Of a stretch of DNA of 64,000 nt, positions 44,315 to 53,341 are shown in pieces (positions within the stretch are counted from its first letter, which is position 1; every line of letters starts with the position of its first letter). The translations under genes and the position numbers were made by a program. Location of the stretch: NCBI GenBank assembly GCA_965204745.1, contig OZ242010.1, positions 1,728,001-1,792,000 on the forward strand. The letters are read 5' to 3'. The notes below the pieces were generated by a model. It was not told the origin of the DNA. It worked only from the letters and a program-made list of their open reading frames with translations, and did not search any database. This DNA comes from Candidatus Latescibacterota bacterium. Its GTDB lineage: Bacteria > Latescibacterota > UBA2968.

Positions 44315-44369
44315 CACGCCTAAGACAGGGCACGAGACATTGGGCAAAAAGAAAAAGGAAAGAAGTATC

Positions 44370-45659
44370 ATGGCAGACTCCGAAACGCACGGCTTAAAAA
44401 CGCCTCTAAAAAAAATCCGCCGTGTCCTGCGAGTGATCGCCTGTAATGTGTTATTCACGTTTATCGGTCTGGGTTTTATCGCGCTGACCGGAGAAGTCTA
44501 TCTCCGGCTGAAAAGGCCAATGATGCCGTTCTCCACAAGGATATATCCCTTGCACTTCGTCCCAAAGGTAGGTTTGATGCTGAAACCCAACGCCGAGGTG
44601 AACTGGACAGACCATAATGATTTCTGGACCATCTCTCGAACCAACAGCCTTGGGTTTCTCGACCGTGAACCCATCCGTTCTGAACGCGCCGCCGAAAGTT
44701 GTCACATCACTATGATCGGCGATTCCTTTGTCTTAGCCAAAGAGATGCCCATCGCCGATAAGTTTCACGTTCGCCTTGAAGAACGCGCCGCCCGGCACCT
44801 GTCCCACTTGGACATCACCACGTCGGCATTTGGGATAGCGAGCACCGGACAGATCAATCAACTGCCGTATTACGATGAATTTGCGCGGCACCTGTCTCCC
44901 AAACTCGTCGTGCTCGTTTTTGTTCAAAACGACTTCAGGAACAACTCCCCTATCCTGACTGGGTTATGGCAGGGAGTCCATCCGGACTGGCAACCATTCG
45001 TCACGGCAACAAGAGCCGAGAACGGTACCATAAAACTGCGACCACCCCGCCTGGATTGGGAGAGATTCAGATTGCCCAGACTACACAAATCCCTCTATGT
45101 GCGTATCGTTGAATACCTGAGTCTGAGTTCCTACTTCGCGCAAGGGTTACGCAACAATATATTCGCCTTGTTTCCATCCCAATATCCTCACCTGACTGAC
45201 CGGGTGAAATTATTGAGCGAACTCCCCGCCTATGAATCGCTGTTTAATGGATGGCAACCGAAGACTCGGGCGGAGATCCAGCAACAGTTTGAGAAAAAGA
45301 CGCTGTTGCCCGCCTTTGAGAAAGAGTTGGCGTTCACGGCCTTTGCCTTGGATCAATTTAAGGAACGCACCGAGCGCGACGGCGCCTCATTGGTCATCTT
45401 GGCGAGCCACACCATGGGCACTCGAGGTCACGGCTACTTTGATCACATGAGTACTTTGGTCGAGGCCCGCGGCATTCCCGTTATTGACCAGTACGACTAC
45501 ATCCGCCGTCAAGGTGCCGACCCTGAAAGAGACGCGACATGGGCAAACGATCAGCACTGGAATGTCCAAGGCCACCAATGGGCTACCGAAGCCCTGCTCG
45601 AATATCTCAAGGAAAATCCACAAGTTTGTACAAGACCGGCAGATATAGGAACGCCCTGA
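44370..45659 (+). CDS. Membrane-anchored SGNH-family protein, copy 5
   Basis: Paralog; IGDSFV, DQHWN. Confidence 0.85.
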   Translation: MADSETHGLKTPLKKIRRVLRVIACNVLFTFIGLGFIALTGEVYLRLKRPMMPFSTRIYPLHFVPKVGLMLKPNAEVNWTDHNDFWTISRTNSLGFLDREPIRSERAAESCHITMIGDSFVLAKEMPIADKFHVRLEERAARHLSHLDITTSAFGIASTGQINQLPYYDEFARHLSPKLVVLVFVQNDFRNNSPILTGLWQGVHPDWQPFVTATRAENGTIKLRPPRLDWERFRLPRLHKSLYVRIVEYLSLSSYFAQGLRNNIFALFPSQYPHLTDRVKLLSELPAYESLFNGWQPKTRAEIQQQFEKKTLLPAFEKELAFTAFALDQFKERTERDGASLVILASHTMGTRGHGYFDHMSTLVEARGIPVIDQYDYIRRQGADPERDATWANDQHWNVQGHQWATEALLEYLKENPQVCTRPADIGTP

Positions 45660-45713
45660 CACGCCTAAGACAGGGCACGAGACATTGGAAGAAAGAAAAA
45701 GGAAAGAAGTATC

Positions 45714-46985
45714 ATGGCAGACTCCGAAACTCACGGCTTAAAAACGCCTCCGAGAAAAACCCGTCGTGTACTCCGATTGATCGGCTGGAACCTGTTACTT
45801 ACGCTCGCGGGCTTGGCTCTGATCGCGCTGACTGGGGAAGTCTATCTCCGGCTGAAAAGGTCAATGATGTCGTTCTATATAAATAGATATCCCTTACACT
45901 TTGTCTCAAAGGTAGGTTTGATGCTGGAACCCAACGCCGAGGTGCGCTCGATAGACCATCGTGAGTTCTGGACCATCTCTCGAACCAACAGCCTCGGCTT
46001 CCTTGACCGCGAACCCATCGGTTCTGACCGCGCCGCCGAAAGTTGTCACATCGCGATGATCGGCGATTCCTTTGTCGAAGCCACCGATGTGCCCATCGCC
46101 GATAAGTTTTACGTCCGTCTCGAAGAACTCGCCGCCCGGCACCTGCCCCACTTGGACATCACCACGTCGGCATTTGGGAAAGGGGGCACCGGACAGATCA
46201 ACCAACTGCCGCTTTACGATGAATTTGCGCGGCGTCTGTCTCCCAAACTCGTCGTACTCGTTTTTGTTGATAACGACTTCAGGAACAACTCACCATTCTT
46301 TGCCGCGTTGTCGTGGAAAGTCCATCCGGACCGGCAACCATTCGTCACGGCAACAAGAGATGAGAACGGTGCCATAAAACTGCGACCACCCCACCCGGAT
46401 TGGCAAGGGTTCAGATCCCAAGCCCCCCCTGATAGGCGTCTCGCTGAGGACCAGCACGTTAGGTCCTACTTCGTGCAAGGGTTACGCTACAATATATCCG
46501 CCTGGTTTCCATCCCAACCTTCTTACCTGCCTAACTGGGTGAAACTTTTGAGCGACCACCCCGCCTATGAATCGCAGTTTAATGGATGGCAACCGAAGAC
46601 TCGGGCGGAGATCCATCAGCAGTTTGAGAAAAAGACACTGTTGCCCGCCTTTGAGAAAGAGTTGGCGTTCACGGCCTTTGCCTTGGATCAATTTAAGGAA
46701 CGCACCGAGCGCGACGAAGCCTCATTGGTCATCTTGGCGAGCTACACCATGGGCACTCGAGGTCACGGCCCCTTTGATCACATGAGTGCTTTGTCCGAGG
46801 TCCGCGGCATTCCCGTTATTGACCAGTACGACTACATCCTCCGTCAAGGTGCCGACCCTGAAAGAGACGCGACATGGGCAAACGATTGGCACTGGAATGT
46901 CGCCGGACATCAATGGGCTGCCGAAGCTCTGCTCGAATATCTCAAGGAAAACCCGGAAATTTGCACACAAGAAAAAACGCCCTGA
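45714..46985 (+). CDS. Membrane-anchored SGNH-family protein, copy 6
   Basis: Paralog; IGDSFV, DWHWN. Confidence 0.85.
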   Translation: MADSETHGLKTPPRKTRRVLRLIGWNLLLTLAGLALIALTGEVYLRLKRSMMSFYINRYPLHFVSKVGLMLEPNAEVRSIDHREFWTISRTNSLGFLDREPIGSDRAAESCHIAMIGDSFVEATDVPIADKFYVRLEELAARHLPHLDITTSAFGKGGTGQINQLPLYDEFARRLSPKLVVLVFVDNDFRNNSPFFAALSWKVHPDRQPFVTATRDENGAIKLRPPHPDWQGFRSQAPPDRRLAEDQHVRSYFVQGLRYNISAWFPSQPSYLPNWVKLLSDHPAYESQFNGWQPKTRAEIHQQFEKKTLLPAFEKELAFTAFALDQFKERTERDEASLVILASYTMGTRGHGPFDHMSALSEVRGIPVIDQYDYILRQGADPERDATWANDWHWNVAGHQWAAEALLEYLKENPEICTQEKTP

Positions 46986-47013
46986 TACCCCGGATGGCGG
47001 AGTGTGGGCGTTT

Positions 47014-47817
47014 TTAGCGGTCATTTGATTTGGCGTCAATCTGATAATGCCCGGTGAGCCAGTGATAGCGAATCAGCAACAGGTCGCGCACCATTCGATA
47101 GGTGTCCCGAAGAAAGTTCACCTTGCTTTCGGCGCGCCAATGCCATTCAATGCCCACTTCTGCGATTGAGAATCCCAAGCGGCGTGCCAGAAACAGCAAT
47201 TCGACATCGAAACAAAAGCCGTCAATCGTCTGCAATGGGAACAACGCTTGCGCCGCACGCGCCGAGAACACCTTGAATCCGCATTGCGTATCGGCGATGC
47301 CCGGCACGGCCAGCAGGCGCACGATAGCGTTGAAAACCCGCCCCCTCAGATGGCGCCTAAGTGGCTCGCCAACGCGCTGCGAGCCGGCGGCTTCTCTGGA
47401 GCCGACGGCGATGTCTGCACCGTCAAACTCGTCCGCAGGCAACAGTCGCGTGAGATGCGCGATGGGCATCGACAGGTCCGCGTCGCATAAGCAGCGGTAT
47501 TGGCCTCGCGCCGAGAGCATCCCATTTCGCACGGCCCAGCCCTTGCCCCGATGCGGCAGGTCGAGCACGCGGAGATTGGCACCGCTTTGATCGGCGATGT
47601 CCTGCGCGACAGCAGCCGTGGCGTCAGCACTGCCATCGTCAGCCACGATGATCTCCCATTCGTAACATTGTCGTTCGAGATAATCGAGAATGGTCGCCAG
47701 CGTATCCGGCAGACGGCTTTCTTCGTTGTAAGCGGGAATGACTATGGAGAGGAATGGATCAGGCGGCGAATGCGACATTGAAAATCTCTGCTGTGCAGGT
47801 GAAAGGTGGGGTTGCAA
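47014..47817 (-). CDS. GT2 glycosyltransferase, polyprenyl-phosphate glucosyltransferase-like (start may be 47778)
   Basis: SIVIPAYNE, DDGS, GKGWAV, DADL, DTQCGFK, FDVELL. Confidence 0.88.
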   Translation of the reverse strand: MQPHLSPAQQRFSMSHSPPDPFLSIVIPAYNEESRLPDTLATILDYLERQCYEWEIIVADDGSADATAAVAQDIADQSGANLRVLDLPHRGKGWAVRNGMLSARGQYRCLCDADLSMPIAHLTRLLPADEFDGADIAVGSREAAGSQRVGEPLRRHLRGRVFNAIVRLLAVPGIADTQCGFKVFSARAAQALFPLQTIDGFCFDVELLFLARRLGFSIAEVGIEWHWRAESKVNFLRDTYRMVRDLLLIRYHWLTGHYQIDAKSNDR

Positions 47818-47853
47818 AGGGTGGGATGATCGTCGTGCAGAACGCCCGCGGGA

Positions 47854-48273
47854 TTAGATGCCGAGGTCATCCAAATCCTCCAGTTCATCCAATCCCTCGT
47901 CTTCGTCCATCAAGGGGTCTATATCTCGAATCACAACGAGAATAGATGCCTGCGGGACGATGACATATTTCTCGCCTTCAAAAGAAATCTCCATCGCGGC
48001 CTTTTGCAAAAACAGGGCAAAATCGCCTTCTTCAACTTGCAGGGGCAAATACCGCGGCTCGCTGGGCGCGTCTTGCCAGGGTTCGTCATCTTCGGGCGTT
48101 TCCGGCAAGGGCAAGCCAGGCCCAGTCGCCAAAATGCGCCCGCCCTGCACATCCTCTTTTTCCATCACGGTCTGCGGCAAATAAAGCCCGACTTTGGTGC
48201 GGTCTTCCAAATCTTCCCGCTGGATCAAAACCCGATCCCCAATCACGATCAACTCTCTGTTGCCCATTCGCAT
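47854..48273 (-). CDS. GroES-family co-chaperonin, orphan
   Basis: IGDRVLI, KVGLYLP, GRILATGPG, PLQVEEGD, GEKYVIV; acidic tail; start uncertain. Confidence 0.8.
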   Translation of the reverse strand: MRMGNRELIVIGDRVLIQREDLEDRTKVGLYLPQTVMEKEDVQGGRILATGPGLPLPETPEDDEPWQDAPSEPRYLPLQVEEGDFALFLQKAAMEISFEGEKYVIVPQASILVVIRDIDPLMDEDEGLDELEDLDDLGI

Positions 48274-48381
48274 TGTGATTTCCCATTTTGTGTGAACGCG
48301 GTCAAACTCATGCGTCAAACGTAAAAAATTATCTCCGAAGTGTCAACAGTCGCGTAAGAGGTAAGATACTCTCTTAAAAGG

Positions 48382-49389
48382 TCAAGGGGTTTTCGGGGTG
48401 ATTCGATAGAATTTTTCGCCCTCAAAATCTTGGTCATGGCGCAACATGCCCCAGATCGAATGGAGCAACTTTCGCATCACCGCAACGATAGCCTGCAAAG
48501 GTTTCTTGCCGCGGGCGATGAGTTGGTCATAGAAGGCTTTGACATGGCCTTCGTGTCTGATGGCCACCCAGGCAGGCATATAGAGGGCATGGCGGAGGTA
48601 CTTATTCCCGGTTTTCGAGATGCGTCTTTGTGGATTGGCGGTTCCGGATTGTTTGGGTTTGGGATCCAGGCCTGCATGTGCGACCCACTGGGGCGGTTGC
48701 ATCTCCTCTGGCAAAAGGGTCAACTCGGCCAAGAGCCGCAAGGCACTCGTTTGCGCGATGCCAGGCGTCGAGCAGAGGCGTTGGTAGGCACGCTTGAGGG
48801 GCTCATCGTGCAAAACGAGATCGAGGGCTTGGCTTTCCAAGTATGCAATCCGGCGTTTGAAGTGTCGAATATTCACCTGAATATCGCGTGCGATGAGACG
48901 TGTGCTGCGGATGTGGTAGCTCTGCGCGTGGTTGCGGCTCTGTTCGCGGATGATCTCCTGCTTGAGTTGGTCAATGCGTCTGGTGAGGGCTTGCAGTTGA
49001 AGCCGTTGCTCGCTCGGCGCTTGCCAAGGCACAAAAGGCATGCGCTCGGCATAGTCGAGGATCAACAACGCATCCTTCGCATCCGTCTTCGCCCGTTGCA
49101 TGCAGGCTTGGGCGTACTTGCTCATCGCTTTGGGATTGACGACCATGACCTTTGTGTGGCGATGCCGATGCAAGGCCAAGGCCACCCCCAAACTGTAAAG
49201 CCCGGTCGCTTCGAGGCACACAGAGACCATGTGCCCGCCCTTCGTGAGCCACTTCAGCAACCGCTTATGCGCTTGGGGATCATTGGCAAAGGTCGCTTGC
49301 ATGACAGCTTGTCCGGGTCTGGACAGGGCAACGGACAACGTGCGGGCACTGACATCAATGCCGGCAAAAGCGGGGTGAGATTTCGACAT
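48382..49389 (-). CDS. IS110 recombinase
   Basis: GIDVS, CLEATG, KTDAKDA (DEDD), QSGT, ISKTGNKYLRHALY, AVMRKL; AGGAGG SD. Confidence 0.95.
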   Translation of the reverse strand: MSKSHPAFAGIDVSARTLSVALSRPGQAVMQATFANDPQAHKRLLKWLTKGGHMVSVCLEATGLYSLGVALALHRHRHTKVMVVNPKAMSKYAQACMQRAKTDAKDALLILDYAERMPFVPWQAPSEQRLQLQALTRRIDQLKQEIIREQSRNHAQSYHIRSTRLIARDIQVNIRHFKRRIAYLESQALDLVLHDEPLKRAYQRLCSTPGIAQTSALRLLAELTLLPEEMQPPQWVAHAGLDPKPKQSGTANPQRRISKTGNKYLRHALYMPAWVAIRHEGHVKAFYDQLIARGKKPLQAIVAVMRKLLHSIWGMLRHDQDFEGEKFYRITPKTP

Positions 49390-49454
49390 GGGGGCCTCCT
49401 GTGATGAGGGGGTTGTAAGGGATCTGGTGCGCGCTCGGGGTCGCGTCCCGACCA

Positions 49455-49642
49455 TTGACGCCAAGTCTACCGGTCTTGTATATGCAGCCTCAAGGGGCTT
49501 AGATACTCTTCGGCATAGACCCGGCGGTCGGGGGGCCTATCTTACCTACAAGGTCATCGCCTTCAAGAGGGGCCGGCCTTCCCCGAGCCGGGCATCAAGA
49601 TGGCTTATCTCGATACGAGGGCGCAACTCCTAATTAACCCTT
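49455..49642 (-). ncRNA. IS110 bridge RNA (boundaries approximate)
   Basis: Guides match the junctions: target 49566-49572 and 49541-49547; donor 49501-49509 and 49475-49481. Confidence 0.8.
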
Positions 49643-49658
49643 ACTTCCAAGATACAAG

Positions 49659-49714
49659 AGGGGAGAGGCGAGAGGCGAGAGGCAAGCGGTAAGAGGCAAG
49701 AGGGAGAAGGCCAC
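49659..49714 (+). repeat. Heptamer tract (IS110 target); continues at 48354-48363
   Basis: GGGAGAG GCGAGAG GCGAGAG GCAAGCG GTAAGAG GCAAGAG ... GAGAAGGCCAC. Confidence 0.85.
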
Positions 49715-49771
49715 ATTGATATTACCGCTTGGTTTGCTGAACGCCGTTCGCCCATTTGGCAGAATAAAATC

Positions 49772-49800
49772 TTGACAAATGACCCAATAAGGCATATTAT
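49772..49800 (+). promoter_or_regulatory. Sigma70 promoter upstream of holB leader
   Basis: TTGACA-17 bp-TATTAT. Confidence 0.75.
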
Positions 49801-50011
49801 TTTGCCCGCGTTGTTTTGGCTTGAGGAGTCGTTCCATGTTGTCTCTCTTTCCCATCCCGCAAATGGCAATGCCCGTCGTTGTACGGGCGATGCCCGTCGT
49901 ACATTTCCCTCGTGGGCGGGAGCATGGATAGCGGATCATTTTGGTCGTTTGACACGTAAAAAGCCGTTGGAATGTTCCGTTCCAGCGGCTTTTCATCATG
50001 GAGATGTTGCG

Positions 50012-51049
50012 TTGAACCGGGTGATTGGACAAGCGCGAGCGGTTCGGGTTTTGACCGACTGGGTCGAAAAAGACCGCATCCCACACGCGCTGTTGTTTTT
50101 GGGCACGTCGGGCACGGGCGCGGTGGCCGCGGCCTTGGATTTTGTGCAGGCATTGCACTGCCGATCCGACGGCGCGGTCGCCTGCGGGCATTGCCCGGCC
50201 TGTCACAAGGTCGAAACGCGCAATCACCCGGACAGCAACATGCTCTTTCCCTTTGCCCGTAGCGTGGAAGAGGACGACATGCAGGCGGCACTCCTCGAAG
50301 TGTGGCAATCGCCATATCACTATTCCCCGCCCGGCGACAACGAGACCATCGCTATCGACTACGTGCGGCAAATGCAGCGGCAGTTCGCCCACAGCGCGTT
50401 TGCAGGCGGCTGGCGCACGGCCCTCGTATTGCACGCGGAGCAGATGCGCGTCGAAGCGGCCAATGCCATGCTAAAAATACTGGAGGAACCGCCGGATCGC
50501 TCCCTGATGATTTTGGTCGCCTCTCCCAAAGACGCGCTGTTGCCCACCATTTTGTCCCGGTGCCAGTTCGTCAAATTTCCCGCGCTGTTGCCCGCCGACA
50601 TCAGCACGGGGTTGGCGGCACAGGGCGTTGACCCAACCACAGCGGATTTTATTGCGCGCACCTGTGGGGGCGATTTTCGGCGCGCAATGGCCATGACAGA
50701 CGGCCATGTTGCAGACCGGCAGGATCGCGCATTTCGGTTTTTGGACGCCTTGCTGTGGGGGCAGGACGAGCGCACGTTTGAAGCCCTGGCAAAACTCGAC
50801 CGGGAAGAGGCGTTGGAGATTTTGGCAGGCGTAGAGGTCTGGCTGCGAGACGCGCTGTTGTTGCAATGCGGCCGCGCAGACGAGATCGCCAATCAGGCGG
50901 ACCGCGTCGAGCGACTGGCAGAGGTTTTCGATCTCGACCACCTCATGGCAGCCGTAAAAAAGATCGAATCCCTGCGCGAAATGAACCACCGCAATGTGAA
51001 TATGAACCTGGGCCTGATCTCGTTTTGGCAACGGATTCGGTCCTTTTGA
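50012..51049 (+). CDS. holB: DNA polymerase III delta-prime subunit (start approximate)
   Basis: IGQ, HALLFLG, CGHCPAC..NHPD, AANAMLKILEEPP, LLPTILSRCQ. Confidence 0.9.
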   Translation: MNRVIGQARAVRVLTDWVEKDRIPHALLFLGTSGTGAVAAALDFVQALHCRSDGAVACGHCPACHKVETRNHPDSNMLFPFARSVEEDDMQAALLEVWQSPYHYSPPGDNETIAIDYVRQMQRQFAHSAFAGGWRTALVLHAEQMRVEAANAMLKILEEPPDRSLMILVASPKDALLPTILSRCQFVKFPALLPADISTGLAAQGVDPTTADFIARTCGGDFRRAMAMTDGHVADRQDRAFRFLDALLWGQDERTFEALAKLDREEALEILAGVEVWLRDALLLQCGRADEIANQADRVERLAEVFDLDHLMAAVKKIESLREMNHRNVNMNLGLISFWQRIRSF

Positions 51050-52948
51050 ATGGATGCGAAAATGGGCACATTTTACATTACGACCCCGATTTACTACGTC
51101 AATGACGAACCCCACATCGGGCATGCGTACACGACGATTATGGCCGACGTGCTGGCGCGTTTTCACCGCTTGGCCGGCGACGAGGTGCTGTTTGTCACCG
51201 GCACGGATGAGCACGGGCAAAAAGTGGATGAGGCCGCCAAAAAACGCGCGTCGTCCCCACAGGCGCATGCCGACGAGATGGTGGTGAGGTTTCGGGATTT
51301 GTGGCAGGTGTTGAACATCTCCAACGACGATTTTATCCGCACGACCGAGGATCGACACAAGCGCGTCGTCAGCGATATTTTGCAGCGCATTTACGACGCG
51401 GGCGAGATTTACGCCGCTGATTACGAGGGTTGGTATTGCATTCCAGACGAGCGGTTTTGGACCGAGCGGGACCTGATAGCCGGCAATTGCCCGGACTGCG
51501 GGCGGCCCACGGTGAAAATATCCGAGAAGAATTACTTTTTCAGAATGAGCGCGTATCAGAGCTGGCTCATCGAGCACATCGAAACGCATCCGGAGTTTAT
51601 CCGCCCGGAAAAGCGGCGCAACGAGATTCTCGGGTTCTTGCGCCAACCCTTGGGCGATTTGTGCATTTCCCGGCCCAAGTCGCGCCTGGGATGGGGCATC
51701 CCGCTGCCATTTGACGCTGAGTACGTGTGCTACGTGTGGTTCGACGCGTTGATCAATTACATCACGGCGCCGGGCTATCTCGCGGATGGTGCGCGGTTTG
51801 AGCACTGGTGGCCCGCGTCTTGCCACTTGATCGGCAAAGACATTTTGACGACCCATTGCGTGTATTGGCCCACCATGCTCAAGGCGATGGGCGCGCCCTT
51901 GCCCGAAACCGTGATGGCGCACGGCTTTTGGCTCGTCGATGAGACCAAGATGGGAAAGTCGTTGGGCAATGCGGTGCGGCCCCTCGATCTGGCGGACAAA
52001 TACGGCGTAGATGCGTTTCGGTACTTTTTGGTGCGCGACATGACGCTGGGGCAAGACAGCGATTTTAGCGAGGTGGCTTTTGTGCAGCGGTACAATACCG
52101 AATTAGCCAATGAGTTGGGCAATTTGCTCAATCGGTCCGTGGTGATGGCTGCGCGCTATTTGGATGGGGTCATCCCGGGCATCGACCGCAACCACGCCGC
52201 GCTCGCCGCATTGAAAGCGCGAACCGCTGAGACCCTCGCCGCGGTGGCCGACGCCATCGACGCGCTGAATCCCAATGCCGCTTTGGACGCGATTTGGCGA
52301 TTGGTGCGCGAGGCCAACCGATTTGTCGAGGTGCAAGCGCCGTGGCATTTGGCGAAGGACGCGAGCAAACGGGCCGAGCTCGAGGTGACCATTTACGCGC
52401 TGCTGGAAACCATGCGGCAATTGTCGGTCTTGTTGTTCCCGGTGATCCCGTCAAAAGCGCGCGAGATTTGGCAACAACTCGGCGCGTCAGGTTCGCCCGA
52501 GGAGATCCATTTAGACGATTTGAAATCATGGGGAGGGCTGGATCCCGATGGCGAGGTCGCGCCCGGAAGTCCGGTTTTCCCGCGGATCGAGGAGGTCGAT
52601 GTGGCAACGGAAAAAGCAACAGAGGACTTGATTTCTTTTTCTGAATTTCAAAAGCTCGATTTGCGCGTGGCAAAAGTCGAAGCCGCGGATCGCGTGGCAG
52701 GCGCGGATCGCTTGTTGCGTTTGCAAATCCGCCTGGGCGATGAGCAACGCCAAATCGTCGCCGGCATCGCCGAACACTACGCGCCAGACGCACTCATCGG
52801 GCGGCAGATCGTGGTGGTCGCCAATTTGCAACCCGCGACCATCCGCGGCGTGGAATCCCAAGGCATGTTGCTGGCCGCCTCCGATGATCGCAACCTCGCA
52901 CTCATCGCACCCGACGGCGAGATCCGCGATGGCACGCAGGTTCGGTAG
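51050..52948 (+). CDS. metG: Methionine--tRNA ligase with C-terminal tRNA-binding domain
   Basis: FYITTPIYYVN, HIGH, GTDEHGQK, YVWFDAL, KMGKS, RGVESQGMLL. Confidence 0.97.
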   Translation: MDAKMGTFYITTPIYYVNDEPHIGHAYTTIMADVLARFHRLAGDEVLFVTGTDEHGQKVDEAAKKRASSPQAHADEMVVRFRDLWQVLNISNDDFIRTTEDRHKRVVSDILQRIYDAGEIYAADYEGWYCIPDERFWTERDLIAGNCPDCGRPTVKISEKNYFFRMSAYQSWLIEHIETHPEFIRPEKRRNEILGFLRQPLGDLCISRPKSRLGWGIPLPFDAEYVCYVWFDALINYITAPGYLADGARFEHWWPASCHLIGKDILTTHCVYWPTMLKAMGAPLPETVMAHGFWLVDETKMGKSLGNAVRPLDLADKYGVDAFRYFLVRDMTLGQDSDFSEVAFVQRYNTELANELGNLLNRSVVMAARYLDGVIPGIDRNHAALAALKARTAETLAAVADAIDALNPNAALDAIWRLVREANRFVEVQAPWHLAKDASKRAELEVTIYALLETMRQLSVLLFPVIPSKAREIWQQLGASGSPEEIHLDDLKSWGGLDPDGEVAPGSPVFPRIEEVDVATEKATEDLISFSEFQKLDLRVAKVEAADRVAGADRLLRLQIRLGDEQRQIVAGIAEHYAPDALIGRQIVVVANLQPATIRGVESQGMLLAASDDRNLALIAPDGEIRDGTQVR

Positions 52949-53137
52949 CAACGATGAGAGGAGCCACAAGAAACACAAAAAGCACAAAAAAGGGCGAGAG
53001 GGGAGGGAGAGAAACACAACGGTGAAGAAGGAATGGGAAGCAATCTACGGGAACAAATACGGTAAATTCGCACGCCCTGCTTGGAATCGCTAGGCAAGCG
53101 GCCGTAAGTATCTCTCCTCAAAAAAAGAGGGAATGAT

Positions 53138-53341
53138 ATGAAACTCAAAGTCGTTATTCACAAAGCAGAAGAAGGCGGGTACTGGGCAGAAGTGCCATCC
53201 CTTGAAGGCTGTGCGACCCAAGGCGAGACATTTGACGAACTCCTCGAAAATATTTACGAAGCGGTTGAGGGATGTTTGTCCGTCGATCTCGAAGATTTCA
53301 AAATCACGCCTCAAGATAAAGTGATGGAGATAGCGGTTTGA
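53138..53341 (+). CDS. hicB: HicB-family antitoxin
   Basis: [25 protein letters not shown]. Confidence 0.9.
   Translation: MKLKVVIHKAEEGGYWAEVPSLEGCATQGETFDELLENIYEAVEGCLSVDLEDFKITPQDKVMEIAV

Larger units (their letters stand above)
48364..49658 (-). mobile_element. Complete IS110-family element (CT core at both junctions)
   Basis: Core (AG on + strand) at 48364-65 and 49657-58; donor AGAGTAT-CT-TGTAT; removal restores heptamer phase. Confidence 0.9.

Noticed and set aside
37129-46985. Diversity-generating retroelement behind SGNH variation
   Set aside because: No reverse transcriptase or template repeat in the window; changes span the whole gene, include indels and are not evidently adenine-templated
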